Notes: generated by a model not told the origin, from the letters alone. Shown: positions 39,962-54,117, counted from the first letter of the whole stretch. The stretch is DNA of 63,820 bases, filler included, from Platydemus manokwari (GCA_037951405.1; 5 parts of 5 records of this genome joined end to end with filler, not necessarily neighbours in it), one strand, 5' to 3'. Numbers and translations: made by a program.

Positions 39962-41600
39962 ATGGCGCCTACAATTCAGAAAGAAGATAATAGTTTTAAT
40001 AAAGAGAATAAAGATAAGCGAGTCGACAAGCGTCCCGAATCTCTAATATGTAGAGTCAAGTATACAAACACTTTACCTGATATACCGTTTGACCCAAAAT
40101 TTTTACAATATTCTTTTGGAAATGAAAGGTATTTGATCATTTTTTAGCTTTTTATTGAACTTTTCAGATTTATTAAATATAACCCAACATCACTAGAGAG
40201 AAATTACAAACATGATTTGCTAACAGAACACGATGTTGGGGTTGAAGTTGATCTTATTGATCCTCTTGTTTTTCAAGTTAACTCTGAAGGTAATTGATTT
40301 AATTAGTTTACTACAAATTAATGTCAATAGAAAAGTTACACCCAGATGATGAAAAACTATTGGAAGATGATACATCAAATGTTTTAGATGCTAGGAGGTA
40401 TGTTACAGGTGAATAAAATAAAAGGATTCTAAACATCAATATTTAGATCTAGACATCATAATAGATACGTGTCTTGGATGAGAAAAACTGAATACATATC
40501 AAATGAGCATTCAAATAAATATACTAAAACAGATAAATCAGAATCAAGGTTTCTTAATATATTGAATATACTACCTATTATACTTAATTAGGATTGCTTA
40601 TCAGAAGAGGCTTCTTAAAGATGATGATGTCTATAGAGATAGGCAAAGTCAAATTGATGCGATTGAATCAACCTTTTCAGCAGCTAAAGAAAATTTAACA
40701 AAACATTACAGTAAACCTAATGTTTTTGTAAAGAATGTATATCCTATTTTACCTGATTTTAAACTTTGGAAACATCCATGTGCTCAAGTAATATACTTTT
40801 TTCAACGATCTACCTTAACGTTTATAAACCAGGTTATTTTTGATGATAATCCCATTGGGAGAAATAAGGGGGATAGTAAAGACAGCTTCAATCGTGCTTT
40901 AATTAGGTTAAACTATAAAAATATTATTAAAAATTTATACTATAATTTATTTTCAGGGGAATGGTTGATGAGTCAGGGCAGCATTTCGTAGCATATTTTT
41001 TACCTACTGAAATGACTAAAAACAAATTAAAGCGAGATGCTGATGAGGATGTTTTGTTTACACAAGATGAAATTTATGAATATTATCTAGCTCGTGAATA
41101 CAACTGGAATGTTAAAAATAAGGGCATGTCAAACTACGAAGAAAATTATTTTATCGTATTTCGTTCCGATGGTATTAAATGCAATTTTATAATTTTAACG
41201 AACTCTTTTAGGAGCATATTACAATGAGTTGGAAACTCGTGTAAGACTTAATAAAAGACGTAAAATTGGTACTAATGTAGGGGCTAGTAGTTTGAAAACA
41301 AAACTATTGGTGAAACACAGAGAATTTAATGATATGGAATTCAAGGCTCAAGCTGATAGACTGTCTATGTTAGAACAGGAAATTGATGACGATGATGTAA
41401 GTGAAAATGAGGATAATCAAAACAATCAAATACAAAACGAATCAGGTTATTAAAATTGATTTTTTTAAATCTTTTTAACGGATTATTCAGAGAAAGAGCA
41501 AAAGGATTTATCCGACACTGATTCTGACAATATGCACAAAAAACCGTCTTTAAATAACCAATCAATAGTTGATTCAGATAGTGAAAGTTCTATTATTTGA
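39962..41600 (+). CDS. PAF1: RNA polymerase II-associated factor 1 (9 exons)
   Basis: MAPTIQ..ICRVKYTNTLPDIPFDPKF..PTSLERNYKHDLLTEHDVGV..VSWMRKTEYIS..PDFKLWKHPCAQVIFD..ALIRGMVDESG..AREYNWNVKNK..YNELETRVRLNKRR. Eight 39-50 bp GT-AG introns. Confidence 0.97.
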
Positions 41601-41651
41601 ATAAAATATTTAGTCTTGTAAAAAACTTTAACTCATAAATAAAACTTTATT

Positions 41652-42144
41652 TTAATTCTTTTTTAAAATGTTTAACAACTTTCCACGAGACATTTCTTTA
41701 GCTAAAGAGAAAATTAATTTATATAATATATCTTTAATGATACCTTCTTCAACACCTAGTTGATAAGCTAAATTTTGAAGATGTTTTATTTTATCCATTA
41801 GTTGTTGAGTAGACAGGCTTCCAAAATCTTAAAGTTAGTATTAGAGTATACTATAATTTAAGAATAAAACCATGGATCATTTCCAAATCTTCTTTATCTA
41901 AGTCTGTGTTATATTTAGAGGGTATATTAATGTTGAATTCTGTCTATAAGATCATTTAGATTAAATTAAATCATACAAATTAATATAACCTGTTTAGTTG
42001 GAATAAGATCAGTTATACCAGGAACTAAATAAATAAAATCAATTGAAAATATATGATTAAAATACTTTGTTCGGGCCAAAGATCCGGTGATGCTCGGTCA
42101 ATACTTTCATTGCAATAAAGATGTTGGTCGCTTATCAAATCCAT
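41652..42144 (-). CDS. LIN52: LIN-52, DREAM/MuvB core subunit (5 exons)
   Basis: Spliced translation MDLISDQHLYCNESIDRASPDLWPEQIPGITD..DLEMIHDFGSLSTQQLMDKIKHLQNLAYQLGVEEAKEMSRGKLLNILKKN matches LIN52 hallmarks DRASPDLWPEQ and LQNLAYQLG..EM.RGK.LNIL. Four short introns. Confidence 0.96.
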
Positions 42145-42841
42145 TTTGATTAATTATTAAAACAAATAATAAAGTTAACAAAAACCTATAAAATAATAAC
42201 TTTAGATTAAGATTTTTTGATTTTATTACATCATTTTTTATCATCAATTTTCCAAAATTGTGACAGGATTTTTTATTATATGGATTAGATTATTATTTTC
42301 CTTTTTCTTATTGGATATTGAAAATATTTTTCAAATCCGCCTAGATTAACTTTAATTTATTTTTCACCCATATTATTCAGAATATTTTTCTTTTTCTCCT
42401 ACATTTAAAATTTCAATTTTCGCCAATATTCTAATTAATTAATTTTTGCGCATATTTATAATTTATATTATCATTATTCCTCATAATATTTTTTTAAATA
42501 TTCTTATTATCCTACAAAATAATAATAACAATGATTAATATTTTTTCAATGATTGTGGTTTTGATATGGAATATATAATCTGAATTTTATTTTTTTTATT
42601 TTTTCGTTTTATATACAATTTTTTCAGATTCACAAAAAATAATCAGATAATTCAAAAATAATCACAAAAAGTAATTGTTAAAAATTCAGAACAATTCCAA
42701 AATGTAATTGCTATTCATCCATGTCTACCCCCACCTCGCATCTTTCCTTCGTCCGCTTCGGATTTCGCTGGCTACTTGCTGAGGCAACGTGCTGGCTATT
42801 AGACAGTCTTTTGTTGTTCACTGTTTCAGTCGTTATTGTTC

Positions 42842-42941
42842 NNNNNNNNNNNNNNNNNNNNNNNNNNNNNNNNNNNNNNNNNNNNTTAATTAATTAANNN
42901 NNNNNNNNNNNNNNNNNNNNNNNNNNNNNNNNNNNNNNNNN
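42842..42941. other. Assembly gap with six-frame-stop linker
   Basis: 100 bp of N with TTAATTAATTAA. Confidence 0.98.
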
Positions 42942-43099
42942 AGTATACCAGAGTAGTGCCAAAAGTTGCCAAGAATTTCAACAACATTTCAATCGTGTAC
43001 CACCAACTAGGACAACAGTGAATTACTTGAACAGGAGTATAAAGAAACTGGAATTTTATCTATTAGGTTGCTATCCGGACGACCGTCTGATGAAAAGAG

Positions 43100-43612
43100 A
43101 ATGTTGTCCTTCATTACAAAGGACAATCAACATTGGTATAAAGACGATGGTTCCACACCTCATTTCAGTATTCCAGCAGGCAATGGCTTGATCATCATTT
43201 TTCACAGCTGTGGAGTGGTCATAAAAGACCAAAGGAATGGTCACCTAGATCTCCAGACCTCAGGATAGTGGAATTTTGGCTATGGAGCCACATCAATGAT
43301 TGAGTTCATGCAATCCATAACAATTATACAACTCTCAACGAACTTGAAGAAGCAATTTCACATGAATTAATAAACATCAATCAAGAAGTCGTCCGTAAAC
43401 GTCTTTCAAACTTCAGGAAACGATGTAATCTCTGTTTTGAGCAAAATGGTGAACATTTTGAACAATTGCTATGTAAATGCTTATTATTTACCGTTACTTG
43501 TTCTTACTGTTATTGTGTTTTGTTGTGCATCAAAGTAACTCAATATATTCAGCTTGTTCTTACCGTTGTTTTATTTAGGTTTTAGAGACGGAGACTTATG
43601 AATCTCACCGTA
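43100..43612 (+). mobile_element. Tc1/mariner transposase 3' remnant with right end
   Basis: DDGSTPHF, WSPRSPDL, FWLWSHIND, LNELEEAISHEL..FRKRCNLCFEQNGEHFEQLL. Probable terminus ...CTCACCG|TA at 43610. Confidence 0.88.
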
Positions 43613-46259
43613 TATCAAATTAGAGCGAGGGTCTCGACAATAGTTAGAGTGTTACCGCCGAATAAATTATTTAGTTTTTGGAAATTTAATTTTAAAAATG
43701 ACAAATTGCAGTAAACAATTTGCAAATCAAGCTAAATGTATAAAATGTCGATATTTAGAAATACTTGAATGCAAAAATTAAAAATTCAAGATCAATTAAA
43801 ATGTTATCGCCAGTGGATAGTTTGACAATTCGGCAGATGTGAGATCGGTGATTAAGGCATATTAGCGTATAAAAACTACGTCCCAAAGAATAAATTACCA
43901 TAACAATTAACCGTACTTTTTAATTGACCTAATTGATACAAAAAATAAATTAAAATTTCATCGATTGCGCTAAAATCTATTGATAATTTTATTGATTATA
44001 ATCTGTCAAACATTATATTTATTTATATTTGTAATTGATAGTTTCGAATACAAGTGCAGTCCAATCAGTTAAATTTAAATTTGAAATCACTTTTAACTAT
44101 CGATTATTTATGTGGTATATCAATTTTCAATAAAATGTATAAATTTTCTTTATCTGTAATCGTCCTAGGTTTTATATCTTAAATTCAACAAAAATCAAGA
44201 AATCTCAAGTCCTCTATATCATAATCCGATACTAAGTGTCTCCACAGAGGCCAGTTATTTTATAAATGATCCTCGATCCACTAGTATCAGTCCGATTTTG
44301 TTGGAACACAAGAGATCATAATTTTCACATATTCAACGCTTTCCCGAACTTAAAACCGCCTTTCAGACTCATCGTGTTTACTATCTTGTATTTGACAATA
44401 TTATAAGCTGACTTATTTTATCCTTCGATTTTAATCACCATTACCATATGTAAAACTAACATGTAAAGATGATATTTATATTTATTCAAAAACTCTATTG
44501 TTACCACAATCGATATCTGTTTTCTCGATAATAACATGATTAATTCCCCGTATTCAAGCAATTTAAATCAAAATTTTAAACAATTACCAGCAAATATAAC
44601 AGATATCAGTATTTTTGTTAAACTTGGTACTGTTGGGCATGACCACCATGAGAACCTAATGCCCCAGACAATAAATAATAAATAATCATAAACATAATAT
44701 AATTACCTTAATTAAAATAAAAAGTATAAAATTGTGGGAGTTTGCAAGTCATAATTAAAGTGTGCGAGTTCAGAAATCACCAGGCACACACAACTCAAAA
44801 ACTTAAATAAAGGCATTTTAAATTACTAAATATAGACATCAAATCGAGGGTAACTGAAAACACCAGTCACCCTTTGAACGTTTAAATAAATGGAAAATAT
44901 AGATCAGATCACCCAATCAGTAAAAATGTAAAAAAAAAGTCACAAAATGCGATAGAAAAATTATCCTTCCACCGTTGCACTGCTATGAATTTTCATAAGC
45001 GACGATCTAGTGGATTTCTTAACAGGAATCTATTTTGATTGGCAAACTATTTAATTTGTTCCTGGGATTACTGTAGTGATATCAAGAAAAATTTTTTTCA
45101 CTCACGATATTGTGCTCGTAGAGTTTAATATCTCTTCAATTGAAATAAAGTCTTCGTTTTGCTTCTTTCATTATACATACTTTTTATTGATTATACGGCT
45201 AGCCACTGTATCATCAATCTTCTCCTTCTCGGTTGAGTGTGTTATCACTTCGTCGGCTCTGTTTTTTATATAAGAGCACAGTAACTCTTTGTTATTAATT
45301 ATACCTGTTTCATAATTATGTCTTTATTATTTTGTTTTTTGTCAAATTTGACTCAGAGTGGCCTATATTTGACCTTTGGAGTCAGATTAGATAAGCTAAA
45401 TCAAACCATAAACAACAGCACCCGTTTCTAGTAATACAACTTAGTTCGACTTCTAATTAAGGATATCCAATTAGTAAAAATACTGAGTACGTTCTCTTGA
45501 AAAAGCAACTGTATACAAAGGTTGAACTGTGCTCACGTGATTCAGTCAAAATTAATTGCCATTACTTGGAACTCCATCCCAATCCGAACTTTGTAACTCA
45601 GCGAAGAATCTACTTGCCGATGTACCAGATCTATCTCATATGTATGCGATTACAATGCTACTGATGAGGTAATGTCAGCAATTATTACATAATATACTTA
45701 AATCTTCGGTACGAATTACGAATATCATTCTTTCCATCAACTAACCTGTCTTGAAATAGTATATGACACACTTATTCTTAATCTTGACACCTTCAAGTCG
45801 CCTTATACCAAAATTTTTAATAATTTCACATTTCCATCTTTATTTCTAAGTTGCTATTAATTTTTAAAATTTTTGTATTTATTAAAATTCTATGAATATC
45901 CGATAATTAATCTATATCCAATAATCTCTAATAAACCAATTATTTTAAATTATATCTTTTCAATAATTTCTGCATAATCTATTATTAGTAATTTTAATTA
46001 TTTATTAATATGGTGATAAAATAAATGTTTTGAAAATTTATTCATCTATTGCAATGCTCATATAAAATATTCAACTCATATTTGCACAACTTCATTATTA
46101 ACTTAACCTTGTATATTTTTCCAACATCTGTTTACATCAATAAATCCTATTCACCGTTTCATTTTTAATTTATTTTACATTTTGTTTTATTTAAAGGTTA
46201 ATAATAATGATGTACTTTAAATAATAATAATAATTATTATTATATTAACTCTAAAATCA

Positions 46260-47220
46260 CTCCAAAGCCACAAACACATCAGACATAAGCAGGAAATTCT
46301 CATCAACTTCCCATTTACGATGATTCTAATTTTAGACAGACTGTCAAGAATCGTTAATAATAAAAGAATTATTAACCCAGTGATTTCTGATATTATTCCT
46401 ACGAGGCCAACGTAAAGATCATTTTGGCAAAGAGATTTGCTGATTATAAACAATATGTTGAGCAGTGTTATTCCAGTATTACACCATTCATTACTAAAAT
46501 AGCTAATAACAGCCTACACTTTGATTAATCAGAATTAGAAAGAAATTAATTGAGACTTTCGTGAGAAAATGTTATTATTATAAGTTAGCTGATGTATCAT
46601 CTATTTGTTTTCTATTTTATAACAGAATGTTAAGCAGTATTATTAATAGTATTTGAAAATAATTAATTTTCAAATATATAATTAGTTCACTAGGATTCCA
46701 GATGAATTAGAATAATTTTAAACCAATGAACATTATGAATTAGACATTTGACTTTAAGCGTGTATGTATATTATGAGCGAAATGATATATTGAATGTCAA
46801 AATATAAAATAACTAATAAAATCAATAATTCTATCAATAACGGATAAAAATTATTACGAGTAATACACAAAATACAGAAATCAAAATTAACACTTGGTTA
46901 CCATACAGTTGTTTAGACAAATAACCAGTTGGAGAAATAGGTCGATAATTAATCAGAATTTCTATTATTTGATTCTATTCAGAGAGAACAATATGATTTT
47001 AAGGATTGCCTCTTATGGTTATACCCGTAAGAGCCCCTATTTATTAATGTTTTGTTTGTAGTTATGACTAACGGTACAGTAACCACCACTATCGGGCGTT
47101 CGATTTAATGTTAATGTAGACTACTACAGTTGAACTGAATTCAGTCTGAAGTTTCTATAATGGAAATATAGGTTATTCAGTAAATTTAATTTTATATAAA
47201 CTTTACAGTAAGAAAAACTT
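46260..47220 (-). mobile_element. Penelope-like element remnant (RT thumb, then GIY-YIG)
   Basis: Minus strand E*NQIIEILINY (thumb end), followed by FIISKSLCQNDLYVG (GIY-YIG-like). DNA similarity to 7200-7530. Confidence 0.5.
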
Positions 47221-50200
47221 TGCTGGATCTGCGAGAATTGAAGTTGGAGAAATAACTAATTTTCTCGACAAATGGTTGTGAATGTTTAATATAATGTTTG
47301 ATTAATTCCTTGGATAATTGTTGCCAGGTAACCATGATTTACATAAGCTTTCAATGAATATTAGACCGGAATGACTCTTCAAATCTTGTGATGGGGCTTG
47401 TTTATTTTCAAATGTCGTAACTAACTCTAATTGCTTGTTTAGCGATAATATTGATAATACTGTTGAACTAATTTCTTCCTAAACGGATGATGACAAATAC
47501 GTAGAAACTCTAATTATTCAGTCATATTTGTGGACACTTTGGACTTTTCTTCTTAGTAATTATATTAATTTTATTATTATTCTTTTTTATTTATTTTTGA
47601 TTTTATATTATTTTTAGTACTTAATATTACTATTTTTTATTATATTAATGCCATGATTACTATATTTAGTAATTTTTTAATTATAATTCTATTTTTGAAA
47701 TTTAATTCTAGTTTGGGATCTAATTATTTTCTGAGTCACTGGAATTCTCGAAACATTTTGTGTATTTATTATTAATATAAGGTTTTACCTAAAAAAATAC
47801 AGCATTTGAGACTTCTCCACATTTATCAAAGATATTCCTTTGATTTATAGTTATAAATAAAATCTTCTTTCTTTATATGATGAACGTATATGAAAACCGA
47901 CAAATAGTACTCCCATGGCATAACCGATTGTCTCTGATAAAAAAATTAAATGCCTTCGGAATTCGTAGATAATTTTCGTTGTGGGTTAATAAATGTCGAA
48001 ATCATTCACTGAATATTATGATTAAAAACAACATTTATCATTTCGATCCAACACAATGGAATGATAATACAATAGGTCATTATTAGATGTGGCACCAATG
48101 TGAAATTCAATGATGCTCTAATTTAAGCAATTATCCACTAGGATGCTCGAATTCATTCTCTCGTGGAAAGCAATGCAATTGTTTGTCAACGATATTGTCT
48201 TCAATAAGTTGGAATATAAATATTTTGAAATGCATTTTAAAAATTAGCGTCTTTTTATCTAAATAATTGAGGAACTGCTTCTAATAAATATTCCTAAAAT
48301 ATTTATACTTAAAAATTTTCAAATTTTAATCACAGTTAAGTCCAAACTCTTCGTTGAAATAAATTACACTTCTACATGTCAAAACCCTTTACTTAGTGTC
48401 ATAAAAATGGATTCAGTTTCCCGATTATTTATCTAACAGTATAATAAATCAACCCAAAATTTTATTTGAATTTATAATTGAATTCTAACTCGAATTGAGA
48501 TTTGTGTTTCATGACAGTGATAAATCACTGATAAATTTCTTTAATAAATAATTCAGAATTATTTTAAAATCTGATTACATCTTTATTAAATATAACTTTT
48601 TTGATAGAATAAAATTTCGATAAAATACTTAACTTAAATCTTCAATATTATAAAAATAGTAATTGTAACGTAGATTATTGTGGAGGTAAATATTTGGAAA
48701 TATAATATCTTCAAAGAACTTCATGAATTCATTGAAGAAATATTTTTTAGATACAATCTTAAACGGTTCATGTTAATAGTATTATTAACAATTATATTTG
48801 CTGTAGTATCTATGTTAGGAATGATGTAAATGATGTCTCAAACACTTTACTTTATAAACAACACAAACGAAAGAAGTATATAATCCTTTCGATAGGTTTA
48901 GAACCATTTTAGCTTCAGACAAACATACACATGTTGGTGTTAAAAATCCAATATTATACACAAGATAACTCGACCTTTAATTATTTTAAACTGAATTAAA
49001 GATGTATGGACACATTGATCGAAGTATGCATATGAAGCACTTAGATTTTAAATGAATATAAAGAAAAACTTCAAAGAAATTGTGTCACATTCTCAAATAC
49101 AGTAAAAATAATCAATATTATTCAATTGATTGGCTTTTCTACTTAGTATCTTCATTTTGTTGCTTTTGAATGATTGTTGATGAGAAAATGGTAACATTTG
49201 TACCTAAAGTTTCGGAATCTTTATTGAATAGATTGTCTAAAGTTGAGAACATGTACGTTCCAATGCTTTTGAACAACTCTTTGTAAAGGGTTCAAGTTAC
49301 AAACTTTTTCGAACGATTCGTCGTGTTAAAACAGTTGTGTTTGAAATTAACTTTTAGTATTTTATTTTATTCTTGTCGTTTCAATTAATTACAATTAATT
49401 TGGAAGTGGAAAAATCAACTATCAACACAATTATGAAATGATTGTAACTCGATACAATGAACCAATTTTTCAACGAAAGCTGTATCATTTAAGAGTAAAT
49501 TTTAAATTGGCTCAACTTAATGAATGGTTGGTAAATAAATTAATTTCATTTACAAAAGCCTTTAAAAACATCCAATTATCGTATGGTCATAACTTGTTTT
49601 TAAATAATTTCGGTTTTGCGACTTATCTAAAACAGGTAAACAATTCAGAATCAATCCAAGATTTTAAATTTTGATTGATACATCATAAAATTAAGGATTA
49701 TCTCAGATCTGTTAAGTTTAGATAATCAAATTGATAAATATTCCTCAAAAATAATAAAAATAAAATGTGAACGCATAATGTTCATGATGAAAGTGTGAAA
49801 TAATTATTTAATCAAAACGATAATTTTCTAGTGCAGTTATGTGTGGTAAATATCAATTAAATGGACGGTACGATCAAAAATATTAACAATAGATTATTTC
49901 TAAGTTATCAGTGATAAATTCTTTTAGAAATTAATAAGAATAAATGTAATTACAAGCTTTCCACACGGTGGAATAAATTTATTTTAGCTATAAAGAGTTG
50001 TATTTACAAAATAAATTTAGCTGATAATTTCGATATTTAACGCATTCAATGAACAATTTTATTGCAGTTGGTAAGTACGAGTTGATTATCTATTTAACAC
50101 GTTTAATTCATCTAGTCTAATTTGATGAAACAGATATAGAACTACCTGCGAATTTTTACCTTGATTATTATATTTATGAAGAGAATAAAATTGTGAAAAT

Positions 50201-51108
50201 TATTCAATAAAATATATAGTTAAATCTGTAAATATTATAAACCCATTGTAATCTATTATTATTATTATCGATTTTGATCTTTAGTCTTGAATCAAGCTTA
50301 CTGTTATAAGTATTTTATTTATTAAATAATTACAATACTAAAAAGAACAATTTCTCCAAATAAAGAATATTATTACAAAGACTGATTAATTATTAAAATT
50401 TCGAATTTTAAGATTTTTCCAAATTAAAACCTAGAAGTATTCGTTGTAATTGCTTTTCATTCTGCCAAATAATTAATTTTATACTCAGACTAACAAAATC
50501 GCACGGAAAAAAATATATTAATTTTAATAACTCATTACCATTTTAAAAAATAATTCTTGCATTTGCTAGTCAAACAAACTGTACAACTCAATTTTTTACT
50601 CGTTTTTTCAATAAGTTAAAACAACAATCATACTTTTTTTATTGTAATAAAAGAAGATTTTATTCAAAACTCATAAATTAATATATTCACTGTAATGCAA
50701 TTGACTTAAAAATTCTGAGATGAAATATGTTAATATTTACTTGTATGAAAATAATTGCGCAGATAATTAGCTATATTATTAGCTACATATAAAGACATAC
50801 TTCCTCAGTATGAAATTTATAAAATCGAATTTCAATAAATTTTATATAGTTAATTTAATATATTTAATTAATATATTTAATTCCATTTTAAAATTTTACT
50901 TTACATCGGTTTTATGAATTTTTAAAAACCAATGTTGTTTTAATTACTATATCAAATTATTTAACGCAAATAATTGAATTTCTGTATTTGATGTATTTTT
51001 GAAAGTTTCATTTTTTTAATAGTAGAATTTTTACTTAGATTTATTATGTTAACATTTTTATATTCTAAATTTTTTAATTTAATAGATTTTTTTAAAATTA
51101 TTTTAGCT

Positions 51109-53967
51109 ATGACGACTTATGAAATAGGTGATATGTTTTGGGGTAAATCACAGTCTTATCCATGGTGGCCCTGTGTAATTATGACAAATAATAGTAATGA
51201 AATTAAACGCAATCGAAGTGAGTATAATTGTTTATATATTTTTTCGTTAAAATAGAAAAATATTGATGATCAATTTTTATTTACATTGGTATTGTAGAGA
51301 AAACTGGAACGCAATATCACGTCCAATTTATCGGTCCGAACTACGATGTTTGTTGGATTACCAATAATTTCCTTATCAAATATGATGGCACAGAAAATTT
51401 CGAGTCATATGTTGAACAACAATTGCGCAGTTCGTTGCCGCCTCAAGTTTGTCGGATTTTCTGTAAAGTTTTGAAATTAAAACTGTCTCCACAGCATAAG
51501 CATATGTTTGAAATGAAAATGACTGGACAAATTCAAGCAATGTGGATTCAGGCTTGTCAAGATGCGGAAAAAATGCATCAATTGTCGAACGAAGAACGAA
51601 CACTGCAATTGCCGAAAGCAAACAATTCGACAATGTTGGTTGGAAAGAAACCCAAAATCAAGAAACAACCATCGAAACCGGTATCGAAAATGTCCGATTG
51701 CAGTAGTGTAGCGGATACTGTTTCCGTTGATGCCAAATGTCTTGGTAAGGATTTTTATATAAATTTTAAAAGAAAAGTCGGCACAGGCGTGATTAATAAA
51801 TAAAACTCGACTTACTTTTTCTTGACAGTTTCAGTAACAATGATCTTTCAAATGTATGGGAATTGTGAGACATTTAATGGATATTGTTTAGTGACAAATT
51901 ATTGTTATTATTTGTCTTATTTTCATGGTTATATTGTGGGGTCTAGTGATATAATTCATGATTCTATATTATAATGGTTAAATTTTCATTTTGGATTACA
52001 CGAAACCATTCCAGAGAAATGATTCTAATTTTATTATTGCAGAAAAATCTATTCATTATTTCATGGATTTTATAGGTCTGAAATAAGTCAAAACAATTTT
52101 TGTTGTACAAATAATAAATTGACCAATAGGATTAAAGCAAACCTGATACATTGGTTAATGGATTGATGGATCGATAGATGATTGTAGAGTCATTGCTAAA
52201 CTGTATGCCGTATGATATTGATCAATATTCTCATGGTGATTTATATTTTATAATGTGTCTAGTAGTGGTTAATAGCCTTTATGTTAAAAAATGAAATGTA
52301 TTTTGATTTATGTATTTTATCGATAAATGGTAGATTTGATTTAAAAAAACCAGTGAACTTTTTGCACGTATTTGTTTCGATAATATTTTCCGTGGATTAT
52401 ATATTCAAGTTGGTCATTATTATAGGCTTTAATAAGCAGGGACTTTTCAGTTTGTGAAAATATTAATTAATTGGATAATTGTTTCGGAAATAAGAAATTT
52501 TTAGAGATATGTTGCTGGTGTCATATTTTATCATCTCACGAAACATTTGAGCAAAGGCATTTGTCTGTGAGCTGCATATCAAATAAAAATTCAATAAAAT
52601 CATACTGTTTTATCAAGATATATCACGCTAACCCTAGTATTTTGACTCTATTTGTTAAATACCTCGTTGAACACATGTAAACTCTTATTGCGATATATTA
52701 TTGTGTTCAAGGTCCGCAGTTTGATAGAGACTGGTATAGATCTAAGTTATAAGGCATATTGGAATATATTCAACCGCGATCGACATGGAATTGTGATAGA
52801 TTCTGTAATTTCTACGATATCTGCGATAATCGATGGATATGTCTGCAAGGATTGGAAATGTACTGATTAAGATAATATCTTGGATTTGTATGAACCTGTG
52901 TTCGACAAATATTTATAACCTTTGATTTAATGTTTTTACAAACAAAAATATTGCATTTTATAAACAATATTCGTTGGTCAATTTTAGACAATGAAGATCT
53001 TAACAATAAGGATTCATTGACAGTTGACGTTGAAGAAATGTGTCGCAGAGTGTATATAGCTGAAGAAACGGAGCATCGATTGAAAATTTCAACGGAATCA
53101 ATCAATCAATTCGAATTGGAACAAATGATCAAAGATCAATGGAATGTTCTTGATATGGAGACAAAATTACTCTATTTCGATGGTGCTGCTGCTGGTAATG
53201 TATCAAAATCGCGGGTTTCTGGTCGAAAAATAAAAGTTGTTGTCAAATAAGTTCGATTATAATGCTGATATAACACAGGTGCCATCGCGACTCAGACGGA
53301 CAAATGAATTAGAAAACCTGAAATTAACCGCTCTGAAAAAACGAGCTTCAGAAACACCATCGACTGATAAGAAGCGAACCAGTTCATCTGAGATTTCTGT
53401 CAATATTCCAAATGTAAATGGTGAAGAAACATCAATCACGGATTCTGTTGAACCGGCACCATCATCATGTTTACAATTGAATTCCATTTGTCGAGAATCA
53501 TTCGACTCCAATCTGTTGAAATCAATGACAATCCAAGTAATCATTAAGTCGATTATTATTATTATTATTTATATCGATTTCAATTCATTTTATTTACCAA
53601 TGACATTGTTGTTGTTTTTTAGGAATCATCAATGGAAATAGTGAAAGTGATTGTAAACAAACAATTAAACAACAATATACAAATCTGTTGTCATCAATGT
53701 TTGAAACCATTTAAATCGAATGAAAAATACAAGACTTGTCAAGGTGATTGTCGAGCAACATTTCATTTCATGTGTGCCATGAATCAAAGTTAGCCAATGA
53801 TATCGATTGATTTTTGTGTGTCTCTTAATATGATATCAATTATATTAATAGAATTGTTTCGATATGAAGATAATACTAAATGTGTTAATTGTGTGCCACG
53901 AGAATCTCTATGTTGTATTTGTAAAAATTCCAAATATATGAAGAAACAATTTCTGGAGAAATGCTCG
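51109..53967 (+). CDS. NSD-family (NSD2/Mes-4-like) histone methyltransferase, 5' partial
   Basis: Exons 51109-51217, 51298-51446, 51495-51744, 52988-53235, 53279-53536, 53623-53788, 53852-53967. PWWP (YEIGDMFWGKSQSYPWWPC..QYHVQF), post-PWWP helix (W..A..AE....EER), HMG-box-like segment (LEQMIKDQWNVLDMETKLLY), PHD (CHQC..CQGDCRATFHFMC..CVNC) and the start of a second PHD. SET domain not seen. Confidence 0.78.
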
Positions 53968-54117
53968 GTAATAATTGAGATTGTTTATATTATTATTTGT
54001 TGTTTATTTTTAATATTAATTTATTATCTATTGTTATTGATCGTTTATATTGTTATTTATTTTATTTTTTATATTAATTTATTATTTATTGTTATTAATT
54101 GTATATATTATTAAATA

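Noticed and set aside
53968-54114. Hydrophobic tail of ORF 53797-54114 as a transmembrane protein
   Set aside because: Read-through into a low-complexity TTA-rich intron of the NSD-like gene.
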